A model generated the notes under the pieces. It saw only the letters and a list, made by a program, of their open reading frames with translations. It was not told the origin of the DNA and ran no database searches. A DNA stretch of 30,677 nt from a virus. Lineage: Duplodnaviria > Caudoviricetes. Where the stretch lies: IMG/VR virus record IMGVR_UViG_3300048819_000066, positions 1 through 30,677 of that record. The stretch is one strand, 5' to 3'. The translations under genes were made by a program, and so were the position numbers. Positions 9,336 to 18,291 of this stretch are shown here, piece after piece. The number at the start of each line of letters is the position of its first letter. The first letter of the stretch is position 1.

Positions 9336-9779
9336 ATGTTTGAACAAAACAAAGGTGTACAAAATAAAGATAAGGATGCCTCAGAGCAACGAAATGTTTA
9401 CTCATTCAACTCTGTTGCTGCTGTTGGAACTGTTCTATCAATTCCACTAGGAGTTGTTGGATCATCTCAAACAATCATTTGTGGACAAATCGCTTCTACT
9501 GGTTTGTCAGGATCACCAACTGGTTCTCTACAAATCAGCAGATTTATTGTCGGTACTGGTTCAACTCTTATTACTCCAATGAGTGCCAGTATTTTGACGA
9601 TAGTTACCTATGGAACAAGTGGCGCTCAGGCACTACCAGCATCAATTGGATCTTGTTATGGTCTATTGTCAGGTGATGAATTAATATGGCTAACTGCAAC
9701 TGCTAATACGGCTGCTAGTTATTCTATTAATATTGTAACTCAACAATTACAGGCAGTAAGAACAGATTACGGGGTGTAA
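9336..9779 (+). CDS. Putative capsid decoration/cement protein, paralog 2 of 3
   Basis: Likely start is the ATG at 9336. KDKDASEQR, GLSGSP, QISRFIVGTG, ANTAA, DYGV. Confidence 0.65.
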   Translation: MFEQNKGVQNKDKDASEQRNVYSFNSVAAVGTVLSIPLGVVGSSQTIICGQIASTGLSGSPTGSLQISRFIVGTGSTLITPMSASILTIVTYGTSGAQALPASIGSCYGLLSGDELIWLTATANTAASYSINIVTQQLQAVRTDYGV

Positions 9780-9781
9780 TC

Positions 9782-10225
9782 ATGGGTATTATAAACAGAG
9801 ATAAAAATATTACAGAGCAAGTGGATAATTGGGATGTGCAAACAACAGTTGTTGGCGTATCTATTATTATTCCTCTGGTGAATGTTCCATACACTGGTAA
9901 TATTCAAAAAGTTGTAATGTCTGCATTTGGTTTATCAGGCTCTCCACAAATTCAATTACAGATTCAACGATTTATTGTTGGAACTGGCAATACTATTATT
10001 ACATTGAATGGATCAAGCCTTTTAACTGCGCAAGCATACTCAACTTCTGGTTTGCAAACGTTTGTGTTACCATCATTATCCAGCACTTTAATTCAACTGC
10101 AACCGAATGATCAGTTGCAAGCGGTTACAAGTGTTGCAAATACTGCTGCGACATATTCGTTTAATTCCATTATTATGTGTTTACAGGATTTCAAAACACA
10201 ATATGGATTATTCGTGGGAATTTAA
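9782..10225 (+). CDS. Putative capsid decoration/cement protein, paralog 3 of 3
   Basis: NRDKNITEQ, GLSGSP, QIQRFIVGTG, LNGSSLLT, ANTAA, QYG. Confidence 0.65.
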   Translation: MGIINRDKNITEQVDNWDVQTTVVGVSIIIPLVNVPYTGNIQKVVMSAFGLSGSPQIQLQIQRFIVGTGNTIITLNGSSLLTAQAYSTSGLQTFVLPSLSSTLIQLQPNDQLQAVTSVANTAATYSFNSIIMCLQDFKTQYGLFVGI

Positions 10226-10234
10226 TATAAAATA

Positions 10235-10302
10235 AAGCTGTCTAGGTGGGGTTCTTAGGCAGCTTATCGTCAGAGTGAATTAAAAACTCACTCTGGTGTT
10301 TT
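10235..10302 (+). terminator. Two tandem hairpins after the head-gene block (possible terminator or attenuator)
   Basis: AAGCTGTCTA/TAGGCAGCTT (10235-10265) and CAGAGTGA/TCACTCTG (10271-10295), followed by GTGTTTT. Confidence 0.5.
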
Positions 10303-10327
10303 ACGAACATTAGTGAGTTGGGGAAAT

Positions 10328-10627
10328 ATGCCTTATAAATCAAAAGCTCAAGAGCGATTCTTTCATACTGAGACTGCTGCAAATGAAGGCATTAAGCCTA
10401 ATCAAGTAGCAGAATGGGATCAAGCAAGTAAGGGTAAAAGATTGCCTGAGCGCGCGGCGAAAACCAATGCGCATAAACATGCTCATAAGGCTATGGGCCA
10501 AGCTCATATAGAAGCAAAAAAGTTGACTCCAGATAAAGAACATCCAGAATATAAAAAGATTCCTCCAATGAAAGCAGCACATTTGCTTTATGAAAAGCAT
10601 GTTGCGAGCAAGAAGGCTAAGGTATAA
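10328..10627 (+). CDS. Small basic hypothetical protein (MPYKSKAQ-type phage protein)
   Basis: Likely start is the ATG at 10328 after TGGGGA. K/H-rich. TAATG-coupled to the next ORF. Confidence 0.65.
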   Translation: MPYKSKAQERFFHTETAANEGIKPNQVAEWDQASKGKRLPERAAKTNAHKHAHKAMGQAHIEAKKLTPDKEHPEYKKIPPMKAAHLLYEKHVASKKAKV

Positions 10628-11556
10628 TGGGTCAACCTAATTTCGGTGGTTTATTCTCTTCTGATCCAGCTTCATCTTCGTCAAAGACTGCTCCTACAGT
10701 TCAAGCATTCTTACAAACAAATTATTATACTTTTACAATCACATCTCATGCTTTTAGCTTAGCAGCTACTTACACAAATAATAGTTCTACATTTACGACT
10801 GTGTATGCATCAACAACTAGCGGAACTACGACACTTGTTGCTTATGTTTCAAGTGGAACAAATGCACCATCATCTTCTGGCACTTTAACTTACGCTTCTG
10901 GAAGTCCTACTGGAAACATCACTTTTTCCGCTGTCTCGTCTAGTGGAACTTATTTCACTCCAACCGTAACACCGCTTTACTTAAAAGTTATATTAGTCGG
11001 AGCTGGTGGTGGTGGTGGTGGATCACAAAGCTCGACTCCAGGTGGACAAGGTGGAAGTGGTGGAGCTTCTACATTTAATAGTGGTGCACTTTCTGCTGGT
11101 GGTGGAACTGGTGGAAAAGGAAATACAGAATCAGGTGGTTGCACTCCTGGTGCTGGTGGAACAAATTCTACTACTGGCACTATTTTAATTAGTGTTACTG
11201 GTGGTGGTGGTAATCCAAGCGATAACTCAAGTTCTATTGGTGGTGGACCTGGTGGAGGTAACGGTGGCAGTTCTGTATTGGGTGGTGCAGGTAGCGGTGG
11301 TAACACTGTTGTTGCTACTAATGGCGGTAATGGCGCTTTTAATACTGGTGGTGGTGGCGGTGGTGGTGGTGAATCATATGGTTCTTACTCTGGTGCATCT
11401 GGTGGCGGATCTGGTGGCTATTTAGAAGCTATTATTTCTTCACCTGCTGCAAGTTATACATTTGCCGTAGGAATCGGCGGGACTGCTGGAACTGGAACAA
11501 CAACTGGTGGTGTTGGTGGTACAGGGGTCGTAATAGTTCAGGAGTTTTACCAATGA
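10627..11556 (+). CDS. Glycine-rich virion fibre/appendage protein
   Basis: S/T-rich N-terminal half. C-terminal glycine-rich domain framed by LKVILVGAGGGGGG ... GGTGVVIVQEFY, the common phage Gly-rich (polyglycine-II type) module. Confidence 0.75.
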   Translation: MGQPNFGGLFSSDPASSSSKTAPTVQAFLQTNYYTFTITSHAFSLAATYTNNSSTFTTVYASTTSGTTTLVAYVSSGTNAPSSSGTLTYASGSPTGNITFSAVSSSGTYFTPTVTPLYLKVILVGAGGGGGGSQSSTPGGQGGSGGASTFNSGALSAGGGTGGKGNTESGGCTPGAGGTNSTTGTILISVTGGGGNPSDNSSSIGGGPGGGNGGSSVLGGAGSGGNTVVATNGGNGAFNTGGGGGGGGESYGSYSGASGGGSGGYLEAIISSPAASYTFAVGIGGTAGTGTTTGGVGGTGVVIVQEFYQ

Positions 11557-12188
11557 ATACTAAAACATATTTGCTTAAATGGGGATCCGGTGATCCTCGT
11601 CCTAACACAGGAATGACACCAACATTCTTACAATTCTTTGATAGTACCGGACAAACTTATGCTCCACCTTCAATAGCTGAAGTGAAATATGGTGGCTCTA
11701 CTGCAACAGGTGTTTATGGCTTTAGCTACGCTATAGGAATATCAACTCTAAATCCAATTTACTTTCTAGCTTATTCAGTCACTACAGTTTCAAGTGGACT
11801 AACATCTGATCAATATATTACTGGTGTGCTTGATCCAGTGTTAGCCATTGATCAAGCAATAGGTATAACAACAATTAATTTAGGCTCAACAGTTCTAGGT
11901 ATTGGCATAACTCTTCTAGCAATCGGAACAACATTACCTAGTATTATGGCATTTAATTCATCATTCATTGGGTCAACTGCATCTAGCTTTGGAACTACTG
12001 GTGTAGATCCAACAACTGTATTTGGATATTTGAAACGTCTTCAAGAATTGCTTGAAGGTGATCAAGTATTCAGTGCAGCAGGTGGAACATTCCTAATGTA
12101 TAATCGAGGAGCACTTGGAACAACGACGCTACTTCGATCTAAACTAATTTCAAATTCTGGATCTTCTGTGACGAAATCCGGAGATTAA
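11553..12188 (+). CDS. Putative virion structural protein, G/S/T-rich
   Basis: ATGA coupling. Many GIT/GST/GTT motifs. Located in the structural operon. Confidence 0.65.
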   Translation: MNTKTYLLKWGSGDPRPNTGMTPTFLQFFDSTGQTYAPPSIAEVKYGGSTATGVYGFSYAIGISTLNPIYFLAYSVTTVSSGLTSDQYITGVLDPVLAIDQAIGITTINLGSTVLGIGITLLAIGTTLPSIMAFNSSFIGSTASSFGTTGVDPTTVFGYLKRLQELLEGDQVFSAAGGTFLMYNRGALGTTTLLRSKLISNSGSSVTKSGD

Positions 12189-12216
12189 TCATTAACCCCC
12201 ATAAGAAAGGAATCTT

Positions 12217-14487
12217 ATGAAAAGACCTACAATAGCACTATGCTGTATAGCTAAAAATGAAGCAGGAAATATCGAAAAACTTACAAAGTCTGTAGAAGGA
12301 TGCTTTGATAAGCTTTATCTAACTGATACTGGATCAACCGACAACACGGTTGAAATAGCCAAGAAGCTTGGTTGGGAAGTAAGCCATTTTGAATGGGTAC
12401 ATGACTTCTCAAAAGCAAGGAATTTCAATTTCTCTCAAAGCAAAGAAGATTATGTCATGTGGCTTGATCTTGATGATTTATTAACAGGACGAGATGGTTT
12501 CATTAAATGGCGTGATAATTCCATGCAATTTGCTGATTATTGGCTCGCTACTTATGACTATGCTCATGATCATGAAGGTAAACCCGCTGTAAGCTTCGCT
12601 AGAGAGCGAGTTGTTAAGAATAGGCACTCACCTACCTCATGGAAGCATTTTCTTCATGAGGGCATTCCTGGTAAGCCTGGTGAGACTATGAACATGGTAC
12701 CAACAACTGTTTGGAAGGTATCTCATCAACGAACAGCCGAAGATTTGGCTAATGATAAGGGTAGAAATCTTAAAATATTTGAAAACTACATGAAGGACAA
12801 TAAACTTGATGCAAGAATGAAGTTCTATTATGGAAAAGAACTCTTCGAGATTCAACGTCCTGATGAGGCAATTCATCCATTATTAGACGCTGCAAGTGAT
12901 CCTGTAAGTGAGCCTCATGACAGATTGCTTGCGATTCAATATGCTGCTTTTGCGTGTATGTCAGCAGCAGCAATGCTTAATCCACAGAATATTACAGCTA
13001 AAGAAAAAGCAGATAAATTATATTATGATGCTATCAAAATAGCAGGGCAAGGTTTGCAATTAGACTCTCACCGAGCTGAATATTGGACAGTCATTGGTGA
13101 CTCATACGTTAAACTCAGTAAACTTAAAGAAGCTATACCATATTATAGCGCAGCGATGAAGTGTGAACCTGTAGGATTGTCAGGCCAAGCTTATTCATCT
13201 CCTATATTTAGCTTTTTAGATACAAGCACTAAATATCCAAGAAACCAACTTATTCGTTGTTACTTCCATTTAGGAAATCTTTCTAAAGCAAAGGAATTAG
13301 CTGAGGAAACTCAAAGTCTTTATCCAAATGAAGAAACAAAAATAATCTTAGAAGAGATCAAAAAACAAGACGCTATTTCTAATGGTTATAAAACTGCAAA
13401 AGAGTGTGATGACATAGTTTTTACTTGTCCAATGCAAGGCATGTATGAGTGGGACGAGGAAATTTATAAAACAAAAGGAATGGGTGGCAGTGAAACAGCG
13501 TGTATTGAAATGGCGAAAAACCTCAAAGAAAAAACCGGAAAACGTGTTATTGTTTTTAATGGTCGTGCTGCATCTCTTGTGGCTTCTTCAGGTGTTGAGT
13601 ACAGACCAAGTGCTGAAATAGCTGATTATATGTCAAAACATAAACCAAGCATTCACATTGCTTGGAGACATAATATTAAATGCACTGATGCTAGAACATA
13701 TTTATGGTGTCATGATCTTTACACACCTTCGGTTGAATCAGTTCAAAACTTTGATAAGCAAATCTGCTTAAGCCAATTCCATAAACGATACGTTTCTTCT
13801 ATTCAAGGACTTCCAGAGAATAAGATCTGGGTTTCTAGAAATGGTATTGTACCAGAGAGATTCAAAGATCGAAAAAATATTAAAAAGAATCCAATGAAGT
13901 TAGTTTATCCTTCAAGCCCTGATCGTGGCCTAGATAAATTGATTAAAATTTTAGATATTGTAAGATCTAAGCATCCAGTAGAGCTGCATGTGTTTTATGG
14001 ATTTGAAAACTTATATAAATCAGGTCCAGCAATGACAGCATTAGCAGATTCTTTAAAATTAATGATTTCAGAAAGACCTTGGATAACATATCATGGAAAC
14101 ACCGAACAAAAAGAACTCACCAAACACATTTGCGAAGCATCTCTCTGGGTACATCCAGCAAACTTCATTGAGAGCTTTTGCATCACCGCGATCGAAACAA
14201 TCTGCGCTGGAACATATCCTATTACTCGAACGCTGGGTGCGCTACAGGACACTCTCAGAGAAGCAAGCCAGAACAGCTACGCTTATTTATTTGAGACCAA
14301 CGGGATTCATGTCACCGAGGATGAGTATGCAGTTTGGGCAAATAAGGTGTGTGAAGCACTAGAAACCAAAATCTGGGAAAAGATCGACGTAAGTCCAGAA
14401 AAGTATTCTTGGTCTTCTGTAGCAGATGAATGGATTGATGAAATGGGATTAAACTCTAAAGCAAAGCTTAGTGTTATAGGAGCATAA
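12217..14487 (+). CDS. Bifunctional glycosyltransferase: GT2 (GT-A) + TPR + GT4-like (GT-B)
   Basis: GT2 motifs IAKNEA, DTGSTDNT, DFSKARN and WLDLDD (DxD). Central TPR-like helices (FYYGKEL, RAEYWTVIGDSY). GT-B motifs GGSETA, SRNGI, SSPDRGL and the EX7E motif ESFCITAIE. Confidence 0.9.
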   Translation: MKRPTIALCCIAKNEAGNIEKLTKSVEGCFDKLYLTDTGSTDNTVEIAKKLGWEVSHFEWVHDFSKARNFNFSQSKEDYVMWLDLDDLLTGRDGFIKWRDNSMQFADYWLATYDYAHDHEGKPAVSFARERVVKNRHSPTSWKHFLHEGIPGKPGETMNMVPTTVWKVSHQRTAEDLANDKGRNLKIFENYMKDNKLDARMKFYYGKELFEIQRPDEAIHPLLDAASDPVSEPHDRLLAIQYAAFACMSAAAMLNPQNITAKEKADKLYYDAIKIAGQGLQLDSHRAEYWTVIGDSYVKLSKLKEAIPYYSAAMKCEPVGLSGQAYSSPIFSFLDTSTKYPRNQLIRCYFHLGNLSKAKELAEETQSLYPNEETKIILEEIKKQDAISNGYKTAKECDDIVFTCPMQGMYEWDEEIYKTKGMGGSETACIEMAKNLKEKTGKRVIVFNGRAASLVASSGVEYRPSAEIADYMSKHKPSIHIAWRHNIKCTDARTYLWCHDLYTPSVESVQNFDKQICLSQFHKRYVSSIQGLPENKIWVSRNGIVPERFKDRKNIKKNPMKLVYPSSPDRGLDKLIKILDIVRSKHPVELHVFYGFENLYKSGPAMTALADSLKLMISERPWITYHGNTEQKELTKHICEASLWVHPANFIESFCITAIETICAGTYPITRTLGALQDTLREASQNSYAYLFETNGIHVTEDEYAVWANKVCEALETKIWEKIDVSPEKYSWSSVADEWIDEMGLNSKAKLSVIGA

Positions 14488-14757
14488 TTGTTAATACCTG
14501 CATCGTTTGTCATTAATAGTTTTGGCTTAGAAGCTAGAGGCCTTTTCAAACCTATTAATGACATACAAGGCACTCAATTAGTCGTAGGTCCGTATGGATT
14601 AATGACGTATGGACTTGCGTTTAGAGTTGATGAACAATGGGCAATAGGGTTTTCAAGTGTGTCTACTGCATGGACTAACTCGTTTAGTTTACCATCAACA
14701 TCATGGACACTGGCTTTTTCGTTACCAACAACTACATGGACCCCACAATCTTTCTAA
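14488..14757 (+). CDS. Hypothetical protein with C-terminal [ST]xWT repeats
   Basis: TTG start with SD AGGAG. Repeats STAWT, STSWT, TTTWT. Confidence 0.6.
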   Translation: MLIPASFVINSFGLEARGLFKPINDIQGTQLVVGPYGLMTYGLAFRVDEQWAIGFSSVSTAWTNSFSLPSTSWTLAFSLPTTTWTPQSF

Positions 14758-14768
14758 TGGAGGTTTAA

Positions 14769-15437
14769 ATGGCAATGACATTTCAAAGTATGCAGACTGC
14801 TGTATCATATATAGTTGATGATTTAAATTTCAGTTATTTTACAACTGCTCAAGTTCAATTCTGGCTTAACAATGCTCAACGTGAAGTTCAAAAGAAATTA
14901 CTTCAAACTGCTGGTAACTGGTACATGCTTCCAGTAAATACTTCTACAGTTCAAAATCAATCTGATTATGTTTTACCAAGCAATTTCTTAAAAGTTCATA
15001 GATGTGAGTTAGTGCTTAGTGGGACACCACCGAACGAAGTTAAAGGACCAATTCAATTTGTAACTCCAAATGAGATTGATCTTTTACCACCTGGTCCTGG
15101 CACTCCAAGTTGTGCTTACGTTAAACAAAACATCATGAGTATTTTTCCTGCACCAGATACATCAGGACAAACTCTAAGAATTTACTACTCGTATTTAGTA
15201 GCTGACATGGTTAATCCAACTGATAACCCTGATGTTCCATATCAATATGAAGAATTAATTCCATTATTAGCTTCAAGAGATGCTTTTATTAAAGATCAAA
15301 GAGATCCAGCGCCGCTTGATCAAAAGATAGCTTACTATGATGAGATGATGAAAAAAGATGCTGAACAAAGAGATATTTCTCAAGGCCGACGAATTGTAAC
15401 AACTGAAGGTTCAAGTTGGTACACTGCTGCTTATTAG
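14769..15437 (+). CDS. Head-tail adaptor / tail tubular protein A-like
   Basis: WLNNAQREV ... DYVLPSNFLKV ... IFPAPD ... LRIYY ... PDVPYQYEELI pattern of podoviral adaptors. Precedes the nozzle-like gene. Confidence 0.75.
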   Translation: MAMTFQSMQTAVSYIVDDLNFSYFTTAQVQFWLNNAQREVQKKLLQTAGNWYMLPVNTSTVQNQSDYVLPSNFLKVHRCELVLSGTPPNEVKGPIQFVTPNEIDLLPPGPGTPSCAYVKQNIMSIFPAPDTSGQTLRIYYSYLVADMVNPTDNPDVPYQYEELIPLLASRDAFIKDQRDPAPLDQKIAYYDEMMKKDAEQRDISQGRRIVTTEGSSWYTAAY

Positions 15438-15443
15438 GGGTTT

Positions 15444-17933
15444 ATGCCGTATCAAAGAATGAAAGAAGATACATTTAATATTTTTGGTGGAATAAACCAG
15501 AAGGCTTCTATTGCTGATGTATCACCATTAGAGTTTCTTGATATTTCAAACATGGATTTTGAGCGTCAAGGCGGTCTTCAACAACGACCTGGAACTACGT
15601 TTTATGCTGGAACAGCCAATTTAAACCAAACACTATTACTAACAGCTAATGGTTATACTGGTATTGGTGGAACACAGTCATATATGATTAGTGTCCCAAC
15701 TGGTGCCACAATTTTTGGCTATACGATTGCTTCAATCACTGAATTTACTAATCTTCAAGGTGCATCTTTCATAACTTATGATCAGCCTGGTGGCTTTGCT
15801 TATGGCACATCATTGCCAGCAATTGGATCTTTTAGTTTGCAACAAATGTATTTCGTAACTGGTGCTTCACAAATTAATTATTTATTTGATCCTGCTGGTA
15901 GAACGATTGGCTCAAGTACAGGCTCATATCCTGTAAATCCATTATGGGATTTTAAAGTATTCGTAAATAGATTATTTATGTGTAATGGGGACCATTTCTA
16001 TAAATGGGACGGTAACACATCATCTATTTTAGCAGCCTATCAAGGTGATACTTATTTTTCTGCATTTCTTGGTGCAACGGTTGCTGGTGGAGTAAGTGCG
16101 GCTGCTGGTGCTATATATTGGCTAAATGGTGGATCATTCTTTTTTGGAAACATAAATTCATTTGCAAGTAATGGTACAACATTCGCCATGAGTTCAAGTG
16201 GAATAGGCGTCATTCCTGCTGGTGCAACACTTTATTTATTTAGTGGTACAGGTTCACCACTAATTGGTTTTTCTGGTTTTATTAATGCTTGGAATTCAGT
16301 AGCTTTTTATCCAACGGTAGAAAATGTTTTTAATTATTGCCTTCCAAGTCCAGGCTTTTCAATTTATGCCTCTCCTGTATATGCGCTTTACACAACTCAA
16401 CTTATTGCTTTAGGCGTAAGCTTTCCTGGTGCTATTGGAACGACTCAATTTTATAATTCTGCTACATATACATTTTCATTTGGATATATAAATGATCGTG
16501 GGTTTCATGGTCCAGTCACTCAACCACTAACAGTAAATATATCATTAACTCCTGGTTGGACAACTTATGCTGGAGGCTCATGCGGTCTTTATGTTCCATA
16601 TATTTATATCTTTGGATTTTCAAATATCGTAAATGGGTTTAATGGGCCTGGTAATAGTTATTTAATTACAGGATTTTCTTGTTATGATGGTTATGGAATA
16701 GGATGCTCTGGAACTCAGAGTTATAATAGTGCTTCTATTATTTTACCAACTGGACAAACAGCTTTAGCAAAAGGTGTTATCTACAGAGATAACGGATCTG
16801 GAACTGGCAGATATTTCTCAGGTTATGCTTATCCTGAGAGTATTAATCTTCAATATCCTTATGCTTACCCTTTTGCTTTTACAGATAATGGACAAGCAAC
16901 CAGTGGTGTTGCAGAGCCAACTTGTATATTTGCAACACTTGCTCCTCAATATTTAGAAATATTTAATAATCAAATGTTTATGTGTGGGTTTTCTCAGGCA
17001 CCGAGTACAGTGCAATTCTCAGATATTGGTGAGCCAGAAAGTATTCAACCACAGAATAACTTTGATTTTAGAACTAATGATGGTGATTTCTTAACTGGAA
17101 TGAAGGCAGCTTTTGGAAGCTTGTTCTTATTTAAGAATAAAAGCTTTGCTGTGCTAAATGGGACTGATCCAACAAACTTTGATTTAGTTCCAATCTCTGA
17201 TCAATATGGAAGTATTTCTCATCGAGCGATAGCGACATATCAAAGCTATTTAATGTTTTTAGATAAAAAAGGAATTGTCCTTTATAATGGCGCTATTCCT
17301 ATGATTGCATCTACAAAACTTGATCCAATATTTGCTAATATGAATCTAGCGGCAGCCGCGAAAACTGCTTGGATGATGCATGTTAAGCAAAAAAACCAAG
17401 TGTGGTGTGGAATTCCAGTAAATGGTTCAACTATGGTTAATCAAATTATTGTTTATGATTACATCACTAATGCTTGGACTCATCATGATGGATTAAATGC
17501 AGCTTGTGCAGCCATAGGTTTTGGCAATCAAGCATTGCCTACTCCATTTATCGGTGGATATTCAAATGCAATTTCATACTTTGGCGCAAGCTTGACCTCT
17601 GATGCTTTCACAGTCGGTGGAACTATTAGCATGTATGCTCAGACAAGATTTTTTGCAGACCTTGGTCAATCAGTAGAGAAAATGTGGCGAAGACTTTTCA
17701 TGAATACTCTTTCAGCTCAAGGTGCCACTAACTTATGGCTTATTTCTTTGTATGCTAACTTTGCAAGTACGCCTTCGATTACATTCATTCAAGGTGGACA
17801 ATCGTTTCAATCTAGATCTGACTTTGGTGTATCTGCTAAGACTTTATCGGTAAGATTTTCTTCTGGTACTAATTCAGATACATTACAATTATTAGGACTC
17901 ACAATTGAGTCGCGTTTTCACAGATCAACATAG
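15444..17933 (+). CDS. Tail nozzle / head-closure protein (P22 gp10 or tail tubular B-like), with a large low-charge insertion
   Basis: N-terminal FGGIN...GGLQQRPGT, and propeller-like repeats FNNQMFMCG, VQFSDIGEPES, LFLFKN, IIVYDYITNAW. Follows the adaptor gene. Confidence 0.72.
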   Translation: MPYQRMKEDTFNIFGGINQKASIADVSPLEFLDISNMDFERQGGLQQRPGTTFYAGTANLNQTLLLTANGYTGIGGTQSYMISVPTGATIFGYTIASITEFTNLQGASFITYDQPGGFAYGTSLPAIGSFSLQQMYFVTGASQINYLFDPAGRTIGSSTGSYPVNPLWDFKVFVNRLFMCNGDHFYKWDGNTSSILAAYQGDTYFSAFLGATVAGGVSAAAGAIYWLNGGSFFFGNINSFASNGTTFAMSSSGIGVIPAGATLYLFSGTGSPLIGFSGFINAWNSVAFYPTVENVFNYCLPSPGFSIYASPVYALYTTQLIALGVSFPGAIGTTQFYNSATYTFSFGYINDRGFHGPVTQPLTVNISLTPGWTTYAGGSCGLYVPYIYIFGFSNIVNGFNGPGNSYLITGFSCYDGYGIGCSGTQSYNSASIILPTGQTALAKGVIYRDNGSGTGRYFSGYAYPESINLQYPYAYPFAFTDNGQATSGVAEPTCIFATLAPQYLEIFNNQMFMCGFSQAPSTVQFSDIGEPESIQPQNNFDFRTNDGDFLTGMKAAFGSLFLFKNKSFAVLNGTDPTNFDLVPISDQYGSISHRAIATYQSYLMFLDKKGIVLYNGAIPMIASTKLDPIFANMNLAAAAKTAWMMHVKQKNQVWCGIPVNGSTMVNQIIVYDYITNAWTHHDGLNAACAAIGFGNQALPTPFIGGYSNAISYFGASLTSDAFTVGGTISMYAQTRFFADLGQSVEKMWRRLFMNTLSAQGATNLWLISLYANFASTPSITFIQGGQSFQSRSDFGVSAKTLSVRFSSGTNSDTLQLLGLTIESRFHRST

Positions 17934-17940
17934 AGGATAT

Positions 17941-18282
17941 ATGAGTAAAGTAAATCAAATCAACATAACTAATCTTACTGATGTTACAACACTTGTTAGA
18001 ATACTTTCACCATTTCTTTCTCAGGCTCAGACAGCTTTTCAGAATGGCATAAATTTTCAAGATAACTTTGTAGCCACAACTGTGGTTGTAGGGTTTCCAA
18101 GTATAGCTAATCAAAATATACAAGTAGCTCATGGTTTAGCGACGACTCCTATTGGATTTTTATCTATTTTACCTAGACAGGCTTGTAATGTTTATGCTGG
18201 AAGCTCTACAATATTTGGAGCGACGTTTGCTAACTTAAAGTGTAGTGTTGCAGGGGCAACATGCACAATTTTGTTCTTTTAA
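17941..18282 (+). CDS. Putative tail-associated protein
   Basis: Likely start is the ATG at 17941 after GAGGA. VAHGLATTP motif (HGL/HNL-type, seen in tail-associated proteins). Confidence 0.6.
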   Translation: MSKVNQINITNLTDVTTLVRILSPFLSQAQTAFQNGINFQDNFVATTVVVGFPSIANQNIQVAHGLATTPIGFLSILPRQACNVYAGSSTIFGATFANLKCSVAGATCTILFF

Positions 18283-18291
18283 GGAGAATAT

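Noticed and set aside
10977-11425. Pro-rich antisense and Val-rich alternate-frame ORFs
   Set aside because: Shadows of the GGT-rich glycine codons of 10627-11556.
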